DNA of 64,000 nucleotides from an uncultured Candidatus Saccharibacteria bacterium (lineage in GTDB: Bacteria; Patescibacteriota; Minisyncoccia; Minisyncoccales; Minisyncoccaceae), in the NCBI GenBank assembly GCA_965230985.1, contig OZ246399.1:46564-110563 (forward strand). The letters run 5' to 3'. Each line of letters starts with the position of its first letter. Position 1 is the first letter of the stretch. Under the pieces are notes generated by a model. It saw only the letters and a list, made by a program, of their open reading frames with translations, did no database searches and had not been told where the DNA came from. A program made the position numbers and the translations under genes. Shown here in pieces: positions 53,401 to 63,300 of the stretch.

Positions 53401-53966
53401 AATTAAAAAATCCTGATATTAGAAAAATAAAAGATATTGAAAGCGTTCTCTTTGACGAAAGAACTGCCAAGGCTATTCCTGAGCAAGAATTATATTACAT
53501 GTACCGTGGAGTCAAAGAAGAAAAAGGATTAAGATATGATATCACCGTTATCCCTCCATTTTTAATGGGCGATGAATTTGTTAAAACTAAAGGACATTAT
53601 CACAGTTCGGGAAATTCTGAATTATATATTGTTCTTGAGGGAGAGGCCATCTTTTTAATGCAAAAAGGTGCTGATGAAGTAGAAGATGTTTACGCAATCA
53701 AGGCTACAGTTGGTGATGTTGTTATTATAAACAAAGAATATGGACACATAACAATTAATCCTTCGGCTAAAGAAACTCTTAAAATGGCTAATTGGGTAAG
53801 TGATAAATGTTGTTCAGACTATGCACCCTTTGAAAACAAAAAAGGTGCCGCCTATTTCTATACTATAAAAGGTTGGATTAAAAATAATAATTACAAAGAT
53901 GTTCCAGAAATAAGATTTGAAGAACCATTAAAAGAGGTTCCAAAAAATCTCGATTTTTTAAAATAA
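53391..53966 (+). CDS. Cupin-type (archaeal-type) glucose-6-phosphate isomerase
   Basis: 191 aa with cupin motifs TKGHYHS...ELYIVLEGEA and YGHITINP. Confidence 0.7.
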   Translation: MEIELKNPDIRKIKDIESVLFDERTAKAIPEQELYYMYRGVKEEKGLRYDITVIPPFLMGDEFVKTKGHYHSSGNSELYIVLEGEAIFLMQKGADEVEDVYAIKATVGDVVIINKEYGHITINPSAKETLKMANWVSDKCCSDYAPFENKKGAAYFYTIKGWIKNNNYKDVPEIRFEEPLKEVPKNLDFLK

Positions 53967-53967
53967 T

Positions 53968-55029
53968 ATGCAAGAAAAAACTATTCTCATAACTGGAGGC
54001 TGCGGATTTATTGGTTCAAATGCTTCTAATTACTATTCTAAAAAAGGATATCGGGTTATCGTCTATGATAATCTTTCAAGAGTTGGCTCAAAAGAAAATC
54101 TTAAATGGTTAAAAAAAGACAAAAATATCATTATTATTAAGGGAGATATTAGAAATAATAAAAAATTAGAAGAAACTTTTAGAAAATACAAACCTGAATT
54201 AGTTTTACATTTAGCTGCTCAAGTAACGATGGTTACTTCGGTCAAAAAACCAAGAGAAGATTTTGAAATTAATGCCCTAGGAACCTTTAACGTCTTAGAA
54301 GCTTTAAGAAAAGAAACTCCTAATGCTTCACTACTTTATACTAGTACTAATAAGGTATATGGAGAGATGAATGATTTAGAAACAATAGAAAAAGAAAAAA
54401 GATACGAATACAAAAATTTTAATGGAATTTCTGAAAATAGAAATCTTGATTTCCATGGGCCATACGGCTGTTCGAAAGGAACCGGTGATCAATATACTCT
54501 TGATTGGGCAAGGATATATGGTTTAAAAACTATTGTCTTTAGACAATCAGGCATATATGGTCCTCATCAGTTCGGAATCGAAGAGCAAGGCTGGCTAGCT
54601 TGGTTTATCAATTCCCTACTCTTTAAAAGGCCTGTAACGATATATGGCGATGGAAAACAAGTTAGAGATGTCTTATATATCGATGATGTTTTAGAAGCCT
54701 ATGATGCAGCATTAACAAATATTAACACTACCAGAGGAAAAGCATATAACATTGGGGGAGGATTAGATTATTCATTATCAATCTGGGAATTATTCGAGAT
54801 TATAGAAAAACTAGATAAAAATAAATTTAAATATTCATTCGGAGAGTGGAGGCCAGGAGACCAAAAAGCCTACATTTCCGAAATAAGCAAAGCAAAAAGT
54901 GACTTTAATTGGTCACCCAAGGTCTCACCACAAGAGGGAGTGGAAAAACTATATAATTGGATTAATGAAAATAAAAAATCCATTATTAAATCGGGTGTTT
55001 TCCCTCAAAATTATCCGATAGTAAAATAA
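53968..55029 (+). CDS. NAD-dependent sugar-nucleotide epimerase/dehydratase (SDR, CDP-paratose-2-epimerase-like)
   Basis: GGCGFIGSN Rossmann motif and catalytic YGCSK. Confidence 0.8.
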   Translation: MQEKTILITGGCGFIGSNASNYYSKKGYRVIVYDNLSRVGSKENLKWLKKDKNIIIIKGDIRNNKKLEETFRKYKPELVLHLAAQVTMVTSVKKPREDFEINALGTFNVLEALRKETPNASLLYTSTNKVYGEMNDLETIEKEKRYEYKNFNGISENRNLDFHGPYGCSKGTGDQYTLDWARIYGLKTIVFRQSGIYGPHQFGIEEQGWLAWFINSLLFKRPVTIYGDGKQVRDVLYIDDVLEAYDAALTNINTTRGKAYNIGGGLDYSLSIWELFEIIEKLDKNKFKYSFGEWRPGDQKAYISEISKAKSDFNWSPKVSPQEGVEKLYNWINENKKSIIKSGVFPQNYPIVK

Positions 55030-55031
55030 AT

Positions 55032-56840
55032 ATGATAAACGAAACACAAACAGAAACAAAAAAACACACACAACACGCTCGGCATAATGATGGAAGAAAA
55101 CAATACCACCATAAAAGACCGACTGTAAAAAAGAACTACATTAAACAACCACAGCCTAACGATGAATCAGTAAGAATTATTCCTCTAGGAGGATTAGGAG
55201 AGGTTGGTAGGAACATGATGGTTTTAGAATATAAAGAATCTATATTAATTATTGATGCTGGTTTCCGTATGCCTGAAGAAGACATGCCAGGAATCGATTA
55301 TATTATTCCAGATATTTCATATCTTTTAGAAAATAATAGATATAAAAAAGTTGAAGGAATAGTAATAACCCACGGTCACTACGATCACATTGGAGCAATT
55401 CCATATGTTGCCCACAGAATTGGCAATCCTCCCATTTATGCCGCTCCTCTAGCTCGTGGAATTATTATGAAAAGACAGGAAGAATTTACTGACCATCCTA
55501 AGCTAGACATTAATGAAATCAAAAATGGTTCTATTGTAAAACTAGGAGAATTTGAAGTAGAATTCTTTAGACAGAACCACAACATTCCTGACAATATGGG
55601 ATTATTTATCAAGACTCCCGTCGGAAATTTTGTCCACACTTCTGATTTCAAATTTGACAACTTCCCTGTTAATGAAGAACCAACTGATTTTAAAAAATTA
55701 GAAGAAATGGGAAGAAGAGGAATCACTCTTTTAATGTCTGATTCAACTGGAGCCGAAGAAGAAGGGCACTCTTTATCAGAAAAAGAAATCTTTGAAAACA
55801 TGAATAAGATTTTTGAATCTGCCAAAGGAAGAATAATTATGGCCACCTTCTCTTCTCTTGTTAATAGAGTCCAGCAAGCTATTACCATTGCTGAAAAGCA
55901 TGGACGCAAGGTTGGTTTTATCGGACACAGCATGAAAAGCAACGTAGAAATATGTAAAAAGCTAGGATACTTAAAATCTCAAAAAGGAACTATTTTAAAA
56001 AAGGTAGCAGATGCAAACACATTGCCAGACAAAAATGTTGTTATTCTTTGTACTGGAGCTCAAGGCGAAGAAAATGCTGGACTAATGAAAATAGTAACCG
56101 GAGAACATCCTTCAATTTGCATTAAGCCGGGAGATACAATCATCTTCTCATCTTCAGTTATTCCTGGAAACGAAAGGACTGTTCAAATGCTTAAAGATGA
56201 TCTAATGAGACAAAAGGCTAATGTGTTCCACTATAAGATGATGGATATTCACGCTGGAGGCCATGCCAAAAGAGATGAATTAAAGCAAATGATAAAATTG
56301 ATGAACCCTAAATTCTTTATGCCGGTTCACGGACAATTCTCTATGCTTTTCGCCAACTCAAGATTAGCTCAAGACGAATGCGGAATGAAAGAAGAAAATA
56401 TTATTCTTGCTGATAATGGACAAATAATAAATATTACTCCAGAAAAAGCTTACATTGAAAAAAGAGTTGTTCCATCAGAATATATTATGGTTGATGGTCT
56501 TGGAGTTGGAGATGTTGGAGAGATTGTTTTAAGAGACAGACAAATGCTAGCAAAAGACGGTATCTTTGTTATAATAGCAGTAGTAAATAGGAAAACAGGA
56601 AAAGTTCAAGACTCTCCTGATATTATTTCCCGTGGTTTTGTTTACTTAAGAGAATCAAAAGATCTTCTCTATCAAACAAGAAAGAAAATTGTTCAGACGA
56701 TTGAAAAAGCAACTGACTCAGGACAGGTTGTTAATTGGACATACATAAAAGACAACGTCAGAAATACTTTAGGAGATTTCCTTTTCCAAAAAACAAAAAG
56801 AAGACCGATGGTTCTACCAGTAATAATCGAAGTGGGATAA
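55032..56840 (+). CDS. rnj: Ribonuclease J
   Basis: Metallo-beta-lactamase motif HGHYDHIG with a beta-CASP and C-terminal domain layout. The N-terminal extension is basic. Confidence 0.9.
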   Translation: MINETQTETKKHTQHARHNDGRKQYHHKRPTVKKNYIKQPQPNDESVRIIPLGGLGEVGRNMMVLEYKESILIIDAGFRMPEEDMPGIDYIIPDISYLLENNRYKKVEGIVITHGHYDHIGAIPYVAHRIGNPPIYAAPLARGIIMKRQEEFTDHPKLDINEIKNGSIVKLGEFEVEFFRQNHNIPDNMGLFIKTPVGNFVHTSDFKFDNFPVNEEPTDFKKLEEMGRRGITLLMSDSTGAEEEGHSLSEKEIFENMNKIFESAKGRIIMATFSSLVNRVQQAITIAEKHGRKVGFIGHSMKSNVEICKKLGYLKSQKGTILKKVADANTLPDKNVVILCTGAQGEENAGLMKIVTGEHPSICIKPGDTIIFSSSVIPGNERTVQMLKDDLMRQKANVFHYKMMDIHAGGHAKRDELKQMIKLMNPKFFMPVHGQFSMLFANSRLAQDECGMKEENIILADNGQIINITPEKAYIEKRVVPSEYIMVDGLGVGDVGEIVLRDRQMLAKDGIFVIIAVVNRKTGKVQDSPDIISRGFVYLRESKDLLYQTRKKIVQTIEKATDSGQVVNWTYIKDNVRNTLGDFLFQKTKRRPMVLPVIIEVG

Positions 56841-56841
56841 T

Positions 56842-57243
56842 ATGAAAGTTAAAAAATCAATAATTGCTGGAGGAGTCGTTATCAACGAATACGATGAAGT
56901 TATTGTCGTTAGCCAAAAAGGAAATAGCTGGTCGCTACCTAAAGGACATATTGAAAATAATGAAACAGAATTAGAAGCGGCGATAAGAGAGATTTATGAA
57001 GAATCGGGAGTTAAAGGTTTGAAATTAATAAAAAATCTCGGACAATACGAAAGATACAGTATGGACAATCAATCAGAAATGAAATTAAGAACCTTTTTCC
57101 TTTTCAAAACTTTGAAACAAAAATTATGCCCAATTGATCCTGAAAACCCAGAAGCAATATGGGTCGATAAAAACAAAGTTAGTGAAACATTAACGCATCC
57201 AAAAGATAAAGAATTCTTTTTAAAAATATTAAAAGAAATATAA
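56842..57243 (+). CDS. NUDIX hydrolase
   Basis: Nudix box LPKGHIENNETELEAAIREIYEESG. Confidence 0.8.
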   Translation: MKVKKSIIAGGVVINEYDEVIVVSQKGNSWSLPKGHIENNETELEAAIREIYEESGVKGLKLIKNLGQYERYSMDNQSEMKLRTFFLFKTLKQKLCPIDPENPEAIWVDKNKVSETLTHPKDKEFFLKILKEI

Positions 57244-57247
57244 AAAT

Positions 57248-58225
57248 ATGAAAGTATTTTCGGGAATTAGGCCTACGGGCGAAATACATTTAGGAAATTA
57301 TTTAGGAGCAATCAAACAATGGATTAGTCTTCAAGATAAAGAAGACTGCCTTTTCTGTATTGTTGATTGGCACGCTATTACTACTCCCTATGATGAAAAA
57401 ACTCTTCAAAAGAAGATGTTTGATTTGACTACCACATATTTAGCGGTTGGCTTAAATCCTGACAAATGTAATCTCTTTATTCAATCAGACGTTAAGGAGG
57501 TTGTTGAATTGCAATGGCTATTAGGAACTATTACTCCCTTCGGAGAATTAAGTCGCATGACCCAATTCAAAGATAAATCAAAAAAACATCCTGAATATAT
57601 TAATGCTGGATTATTCAATTACCCTGTTTTAATGGCTGCTGATATCCTTCTTTACGACACTGATATTGTTCCAATTGGAAAAGATCAAACTCAACACGTT
57701 GAATTAACTAGAAATATTGCTGAAAAATTCAATAAGAAATATGGCAAAGTCTTTAAATTACCAAAAGCTTTCGTTCCAGAACAAGGAGCAACGATTATGT
57801 CTCTTCAATTTCCTGAAAAGAAGATGTCAAAAACTGATGACGTAAAAGGATGTATTGGTTTATTCGATACGCCAAAAGAAATAAAAGAAAAGATAATGTC
57901 AGCAACCACTGATTCGGGAAAAGAAATTAAATACGACACAAAAAACAAAAAAGGAATTTCTAATTTAATGACCATCTATTCCCTATTCTCTGATAAAACA
58001 TTCAAAGAAATAGAAAATGAATTTAAAGGAAAAGGATACGGTGACTTCAAAAAATCTCTAGCTGATTTACTAATTGAGAAATTAGAACCGATAAGACAAA
58101 AAAGAAAAGAACTAGAAAATAATCCTGAATATATTAATAGAGTTCTAGAAAAAGGAGCGAAAAAGGCTAGAAAAATCGCTGAAGAAACAATGGAGAAAAT
58201 TAGAAAGAATATGGGATTGAAATAA
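57248..58225 (+). CDS. trpS: Tryptophan--tRNA ligase
   Basis: HIGH-like GEIHLGNY and KMSKT motifs. Confidence 0.95.
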   Translation: MKVFSGIRPTGEIHLGNYLGAIKQWISLQDKEDCLFCIVDWHAITTPYDEKTLQKKMFDLTTTYLAVGLNPDKCNLFIQSDVKEVVELQWLLGTITPFGELSRMTQFKDKSKKHPEYINAGLFNYPVLMAADILLYDTDIVPIGKDQTQHVELTRNIAEKFNKKYGKVFKLPKAFVPEQGATIMSLQFPEKKMSKTDDVKGCIGLFDTPKEIKEKIMSATTDSGKEIKYDTKNKKGISNLMTIYSLFSDKTFKEIENEFKGKGYGDFKKSLADLLIEKLEPIRQKRKELENNPEYINRVLEKGAKKARKIAEETMEKIRKNMGLK

Positions 58226-58274
58226 TTTAATATTGTGTATAAAAAAGAGGACATATTTAACATTGTGTCCTTTT

Positions 58275-58826
58275 TTATTTGAATACCTCTTGTTTTGATT
58301 TTCTACCAACCACCTTAAACAAGGGTCTATTGTTGGCGATAAAAAATGCCTCATTTGTCAACTTTCTTTGGATAGACAATTTTAATCTTCTGCCGTTGGA
58401 TTTATTATTATTTTCCATCGGAGGAATATATGATTTTATCAGTTTTTGCTGAAAAATATTTACTCCCTCTTTTATTTTTCCAAAAAATCTTAAGATGCAA
58501 ATGCAATAATATTTTTTAGAAAAATCATCATAGGCAGATATAGAACCAACTAAAAAGCGTGCAGTTCCATTGAAAACTGCGTTAAGACTTTTTTCAATCG
58601 CCTCACACTCTTTTGTTTTAATTGGAAAAGAGCGTTTTTCTCCATCGTATTCGATGATCAAATACGATTTTTCGGTACATATATGCAGGTCTCCGGCCTT
58701 AAAAGCCCTATTGATTTCCCTGCAAAAACGTCTATCTTCAATTCCCTCAAGGCTATCTTCAATTCCCTCAGGGATTAAATCCAGACCCATGAAATCTTCT
58801 TCGAATTCGATAAAATCCAATTTCAT
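58275..58826 (-). CDS. Hypothetical protein (183 aa from my preferred start)
   Basis: I prefer the start MKLDFIEF at 58826, which has a GGAGG SD. It contains a short internal repeat (EGIEDSLEGIED). Confidence 0.5.
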   Translation of the reverse strand: MKLDFIEFEEDFMGLDLIPEGIEDSLEGIEDRRFCREINRAFKAGDLHICTEKSYLIIEYDGEKRSFPIKTKECEAIEKSLNAVFNGTARFLVGSISAYDDFSKKYYCICILRFFGKIKEGVNIFQQKLIKSYIPPMENNNKSNGRRLKLSIQRKLTNEAFFIANNRPLFKVVGRKSKQEVFK

Positions 58827-58889
58827 ATGTCCAGACCTCCTAAGGACGAACAACTCTTGTATATTATAAATAAGATAAAAAATCAAGCC

Positions 58890-60233
58890 CTACTGGGCTT
58901 GAATTATCTCTTCTATTTCTTTTAATTTTTCTTCCATTATTTCTTTAGTCTTCCCTTCAACAATTAATCTCAGTATTGGTTCAGTATTAGAAGCTCTAAT
59001 AGAAAACCACCAATCATCAAAATCTATTCTGACCCCATCAATTGTTAATAATTTTCCATCAATATATTTTTCTTTTACTTTATTGATAATCTCTTCTTTA
59101 TTGTCAGCCTTAAAGTTAATTTCTCCAGAGTGATAATATTTCTCAAATGGCTCTATTAATTCTGATAATTTCTTTCCTGTCTTTTTAATTTCTTTAAGTA
59201 TTGTAAAAATTACAAAATAAGGAGCTTCGTAATAACTACCACTTTGTCTTAAATAGTAATGACCGGCATATTCTCCTCCAAAAATGATATCCTTTTCCTT
59301 CATTAAAGCTTTAATAAAGGAATGTCCCACTTTACTTATTATCGCTTCGCCTTTCAGACTATTAATTGTTTCTCTGACAACATTACTGCAACGAATATCG
59401 TAAAGGATTTTATTGTTTGGATTATCTTTAAGAATTAATGAAGACATTAAAGATAAAATCATATCCGAAGGAATAACATTTCCTTTTTCATTAATAAAGA
59501 AAACCCTATCTCCATCTCCATCAAGAGCTACCCCAAAGTCAGCCTTGTCTTCAATAACTTTTTTTTGGAGCTTTTCTATATTTTCTTTTTTATGCGGATC
59601 AGGCTCATGATTAGGAAAATCACCGTCAAGTTCACTAAAAATATGCGTAAGATTAACTTGATTAAACATTTTAGGAACAAGAACACCTGAAACACTGTTA
59701 GCTGTGTCGACAATCATTTTTATATCAAAACTATCTTTTTCTTTATTGATAGAGATATAATCGTCTGAAACATCTTTTCTAATAATTTTTCCAATCTTTT
59801 CAACCTCGATAAAATTATTAGAAAGAACTAATTCTTTTATTTCTCCTATCCCAGAATCCCCGCTTAAAGGAATAGCTTCTTCTCTTACCATTTTAAATCC
59901 GTTGTATTGTTTGGGATTATGACTGGAGGTAATGTTAATCCCTCCATCATATTTATAGTTAGCAACTGAAAAATAAAGCGTTGGCGTGGCCGACAAACCG
60001 ATATCAATAACATTAGCTCCTTGGCCGATTATTCCTTTTTTTAATTCATTAAAAAGAGAATCTGAAGATTTTCTATTATCACGCCCTACTACTATCTGTG
60101 GATTATCCTTATTCGAAACTTTTTTAATAAATACCGCAAAAGCAGCCCCTATTTTATAAGCCGTTTCTTCATTAATTTCTTCAGGATAGATACCCCTAAT
60201 ATCGTATGCTTTAAATATTTTTTGATTTAACAT
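58890..60233 (-). CDS. Phosphomannomutase/phosphoglucomutase
   Basis: Active-site loop TSSHNP and metal loop DGDGDR. Confidence 0.9.
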   Translation of the reverse strand: MLNQKIFKAYDIRGIYPEEINEETAYKIGAAFAVFIKKVSNKDNPQIVVGRDNRKSSDSLFNELKKGIIGQGANVIDIGLSATPTLYFSVANYKYDGGINITSSHNPKQYNGFKMVREEAIPLSGDSGIGEIKELVLSNNFIEVEKIGKIIRKDVSDDYISINKEKDSFDIKMIVDTANSVSGVLVPKMFNQVNLTHIFSELDGDFPNHEPDPHKKENIEKLQKKVIEDKADFGVALDGDGDRVFFINEKGNVIPSDMILSLMSSLILKDNPNNKILYDIRCSNVVRETINSLKGEAIISKVGHSFIKALMKEKDIIFGGEYAGHYYLRQSGSYYEAPYFVIFTILKEIKKTGKKLSELIEPFEKYYHSGEINFKADNKEEIINKVKEKYIDGKLLTIDGVRIDFDDWWFSIRASNTEPILRLIVEGKTKEIMEEKLKEIEEIIQAQ

Positions 60234-60323
60234 GTAAATTACATATTAATTTTACATTAAAATTGGAATTGCTGCAATAAAACAAAAACCCGAGAATAAA
60301 ACCTCGGGTAGGGAAAAATAATT

Positions 60324-61958
60324 CTAATAACAACCTCTTGCAGTTATGTACGCGTGACAATTATGATTCGGATAATCCATACAACCTTCATATATCAGAC
60401 TGCCACAATTATCACATGCAGTACTACCACATCCAGTACAACAAGCCCAATTATAATTATCACCCGTCATATAAGGCATAGACTCAATAGCATGATTACT
60501 CCAACTATGAGATCCAGCAGTATATGGAATACTATACCCAGCATGCGAATTATGAGTAGTAGAACCACAATAACCACCATATATTGATCGATCAGCAGTT
60601 GTAGTCCAATTTTGATATTGTGTCCATCCAGAAGGACAATCTGGGTAAAGACCATCAACCTGAGTACCAATATCAGTAGTAACCGACCAACTGAACTTAC
60701 AAACATAACACGAACTAACCCAAGTTAACGTTCCGCCAGCACTAGTACATTCATTAAGAGTATGGACATTATTGCATATAATAGGCGGACTTAACTTTAA
60801 GGCAGTACAAGTCTCACTAGTCGTTCCATCGTTCACTCCAGCACAAGTCCAAGTCCAGGGACCGGAACCAGAAACAGAAGAAGCAATTCCAGCAGAACAG
60901 AGATCTGTTGTCGGAACAGAAGAATAATACGAACCATCAGCTGAACCACAGACACCATCTACAGATTTATTAGCAGTACAAGTCTCACTAGTCGTTCCAT
61001 CGTTCACTCCAGCACAAGTCCAAGTCCAGGGACCGGAACCAGAAACAGAAGAAGCAATTCCAGCAGAACAGAGATCTGTTGTCGGAGTAGTATATGAATT
61101 GGTGCCATCAGCTGAACCACAGACACCATCTTCAGTTTTGTTAACGGTACAGGTAGGAATATCCCCAACATATTTTCCTTCACAAGTCCAAGTCCAGGGA
61201 CCGGAACCAGAAACAGAAGAAGCAATTCCAGCAGAACAGAGATCTGTTGTCGGAGTAGTATATGAATTGGTGCCATCAGCTGAACCACAGACACCATTTA
61301 AGGCTCTGTAGGCAGAACAAAAAGCTCTATCTCCACGATCTCCGTCACAAGTCCAAGAGACTGAGGCTCCTTCTTCTGGAAAAACAGGAGTTGTACCATC
61401 AAGCGTTCCTGCCGAACAAAAACTTGTAGCGGTAATAGTAGGCCAATCAGTAGCGCTAGAATTGTTATATCCATTTGTAGAAGTATATTCAGAAAAATCA
61501 CCGCAAGCTCCGTTAACAATAGTACCGATAGTATAATTATCAGTATCACAATTGTATGCATATATATCATTAGGAGCAGGAGTAGAGAGTTTGGCGTAAA
61601 TTTGGCAACTCTTTCCATCTGTTGAAATATAATAATAATAGGTTTCGGGATTAGGATCTGTTGGAAGATTTGTTAAATATTTTTTTAAAAAATCTTCAAC
61701 AACAGAAGAGCAACGAGTAGCCACGTCTCCTCCTCCAATTGTACATCCATTTTCGCCTGTAATAGGCTTGAGGGCATAATTTTCAGAAGAATAAGTAGTA
61801 ACGGCATTGGCTAACAATTCAATGTCTGATTTCCTTTTAACATCTTTTCCAGCATTAACAGAATTATTTAATTGAACAGCTATAAAACCAGAAAGAATAG
61901 AAATAACAACTATTACTATTAGTAACTCAATCAAAGTAAAAGCTTTTTGTTGCGACAT
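60324..61958 (-). CDS. Type IV pilin-like protein with 3-4 Cys-containing roughly 57-aa repeats and a Cys/Trp/His-rich C-terminal domain
   Basis: Prepilin motif QKAFTLIELLIVIVVISIL. Repeats read GVCGSADG...LCSAGIASSVSGSGPWTWTC.G...C. Confidence 0.8.
   Translation of the reverse strand: MSQQKAFTLIELLIVIVVISILSGFIAVQLNNSVNAGKDVKRKSDIELLANAVTTYSSENYALKPITGENGCTIGGGDVATRCSSVVEDFLKKYLTNLPTDPNPETYYYYISTDGKSCQIYAKLSTPAPNDIYAYNCDTDNYTIGTIVNGACGDFSEYTSTNGYNNSSATDWPTITATSFCSAGTLDGTTPVFPEEGASVSWTCDGDRGDRAFCSAYRALNGVCGSADGTNSYTTPTTDLCSAGIASSVSGSGPWTWTCEGKYVGDIPTCTVNKTEDGVCGSADGTNSYTTPTTDLCSAGIASSVSGSGPWTWTCAGVNDGTTSETCTANKSVDGVCGSADGSYYSSVPTTDLCSAGIASSVSGSGPWTWTCAGVNDGTTSETCTALKLSPPIICNNVHTLNECTSAGGTLTWVSSCYVCKFSWSVTTDIGTQVDGLYPDCPSGWTQYQNWTTTADRSIYGGYCGSTTHNSHAGYSIPYTAGSHSWSNHAIESMPYMTGDNYNWACCTGCGSTACDNCGSLIYEGCMDYPNHNCHAYITARGCY
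60802..61314. repeat. 171-bp tandem repeat, three copies, with a mosaic identity pattern
   Basis: Copies start at 60802, 60973 and 61144. Copies 1 and 2 share an identical first 113 nt or so. Copies 2 and 3 share an identical last 120 nt or so. Both comparisons are by eye. Confidence 0.85.
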
Positions 61959-62021
61959 ATTTTAATTTAAAAAATAATATTATATTAATTATATATAAAA
62001 AATAATGAGAAGTAAACAACC

Positions 62022-62050
62022 TTGACCAAAACCCTTTAAATTGCTATATT
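62022..62050 (+). promoter_or_regulatory. Promoter TTGACC-17-TATATT of the rpsF-ssb-rpsR operon
   Basis: Hexamers read on the plus strand. A leader of about 55 nt with a CCTTA...TAAGG hairpin follows. Confidence 0.5.
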
Positions 62051-62109
62051 ATTAATACCTTAAATTGCCTTCGCTAAGTAATATAAGGAATAATAATTAA
62101 TACAAACAA

Positions 62110-62571
62110 ATGCTATTTTACGAAATAAATTTGCTGATTTCTCCCAATTTTACCGAGGATGAAATCTCCACTTTCATTGCTAAGATGGAAGCGGATCTGC
62201 AAAAATACGGAAAAATCGTCAGCGATAAGAAGGCTGAGAGAAAGAAACTGGCCTACTCCGTAGAAAAACAAATAGAGGCATGGTTCTACTTTTTACAGCT
62301 TCGTCCTGAGATTCAAAACAAAAAAGAAATGCTTGATTCAATAGAAAAACTATTGAAAGAAGAAAAAGAAATTATCCGTTTCTTAATCATCAAGAAAGAT
62401 ACTAAAAAAACAGAAGCTCCGGCCAAACCTCAAAGGACAAGACCTCATAAAGAAGAAAAAATTGAAGAGATTGTTCCGACAGAAGAAACTGGGGTAGAAG
62501 AAAAACCTAAAAAGCAAAAAGTTCAGCTTGAAGAAATCGATAAAAAGCTGAATGAAATGCTAGGAGAATAA
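62110..62571 (+). CDS. rpsF: 30S ribosomal protein S6 with a K/E-rich C-terminal extension
   Basis: YEINLLISPNFTEDEI...KKLAY pattern and its position before ssb-rpsR. Confidence 0.85.
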   Translation: MLFYEINLLISPNFTEDEISTFIAKMEADLQKYGKIVSDKKAERKKLAYSVEKQIEAWFYFLQLRPEIQNKKEMLDSIEKLLKEEKEIIRFLIIKKDTKKTEAPAKPQRTRPHKEEKIEEIVPTEETGVEEKPKKQKVQLEEIDKKLNEMLGE

Positions 62572-62606
62572 ACACTTAAAGCTAAATATAATAAATTAGC
62601 AAAAAT

Positions 62607-63053
62607 ATGAATCTAAATAAAGTGTTTCTAATAGGAAGAATAGCTACAGACATTGAAATGAAAACTACTTCTTCTGGGCAAAGCGTTTGCACTTTCTCTC
62701 TCGCTACCAATAGAACTTGGAAAGGTAAAGATGGACAAAAACAGGAAGAATCACAATTTCACCGTATTGTTCTCTGGCAAAAACTAGCTGAAATCGCTTC
62801 ACAGTTTCTAACTAAAGGATCTCTTGTTTTAATTGAAGGAAGAATACAAAATAGAAGCTGGGAAGATAAAAATGGAGTCAAAAGATACACCACTGAAATT
62901 ATCGGCGAAGGGATGCAAATGGGTCCAAGAATGCAAGGAGGTAGTAGCGATCCAGCTAAAAGCTTCTCTGCTCCCAAAAAACAAACTGAAGATGAAGATA
63001 TTCCAATAATTGAAGACGGAGACGAAATCGACGTCAAGGATATCCCCTTTTAA
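62607..63053 (+). CDS. ssb: Single-stranded DNA-binding protein
   Basis: OB-fold start MNLNKVFLIGRIATD and an acidic tail ending in DIPF. Confidence 0.95.
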   Translation: MNLNKVFLIGRIATDIEMKTTSSGQSVCTFSLATNRTWKGKDGQKQEESQFHRIVLWQKLAEIASQFLTKGSLVLIEGRIQNRSWEDKNGVKRYTTEIIGEGMQMGPRMQGGSSDPAKSFSAPKKQTEDEDIPIIEDGDEIDVKDIPF

Positions 63054-63074
63054 TATACTAAATTAAGAAAAGAT

Positions 63075-63272
63075 ATGTATTGTTATTTCTGCAAAAAAAA
63101 CTTACAAGAAATCAATTTCCACGATACAGAAACTCTTTCAAGATATGTTTCTAAGTCAGGAAAGATTAAACCTAAAGATAAAACTGGCGCTTGCGCTAAA
63201 CATCAAAGGGAATTAACTACCGCCATTAAGAGAGCAAGAATAATGGCATTGATGCCCTTTGTAGCAAAATAA
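63075..63272 (+). CDS. rpsR: 30S ribosomal protein S18
   Basis: CYFCKK...LSRYVSKSGKIKP...QRELTTAIKRARIMALMPF. Confidence 0.9.
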   Translation: MYCYFCKKNLQEINFHDTETLSRYVSKSGKIKPKDKTGACAKHQRELTTAIKRARIMALMPFVAK

Positions 63273-63300
63273 AAAACAGCCCTAACTAGGGGCTGTTTTT
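63272..63300. terminator. Bidirectional intrinsic terminator between rpsR and recA
   Basis: ACAGCCC-TAACTAG-GGGCTGT hairpin flanked by an A-run and a T-run. Confidence 0.7.

Noticed and set aside
55436-55942. The 168-aa minus-strand ORF, and other antisense ORFs inside housekeeping genes (2212-2529, 2971-3285, 7793-8179, 36017-36460, 52761-53072, 57976-58354).
   Set aside because: Each is embedded antisense in a well-supported conserved gene and has no recognisable motifs.
60802-61314. The pilin-gene repeats as a template/variable repeat pair of a diversity-generating retroelement.
   Set aside because: No reverse transcriptase or Avd-like gene is nearby. The differences between copies are blocky (mosaic) rather than adenine-specific substitutions.
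60354-61618. Short ORFs inside the 544-aa pilin-like gene (60354-60587 plus strand, 60467-60706, 61004-61297, 61298-61618, 61099-61311).
   Set aside because: These are off-frame or antisense translations of the repeat-rich pilin gene, which has the convincing prepilin N-terminus.
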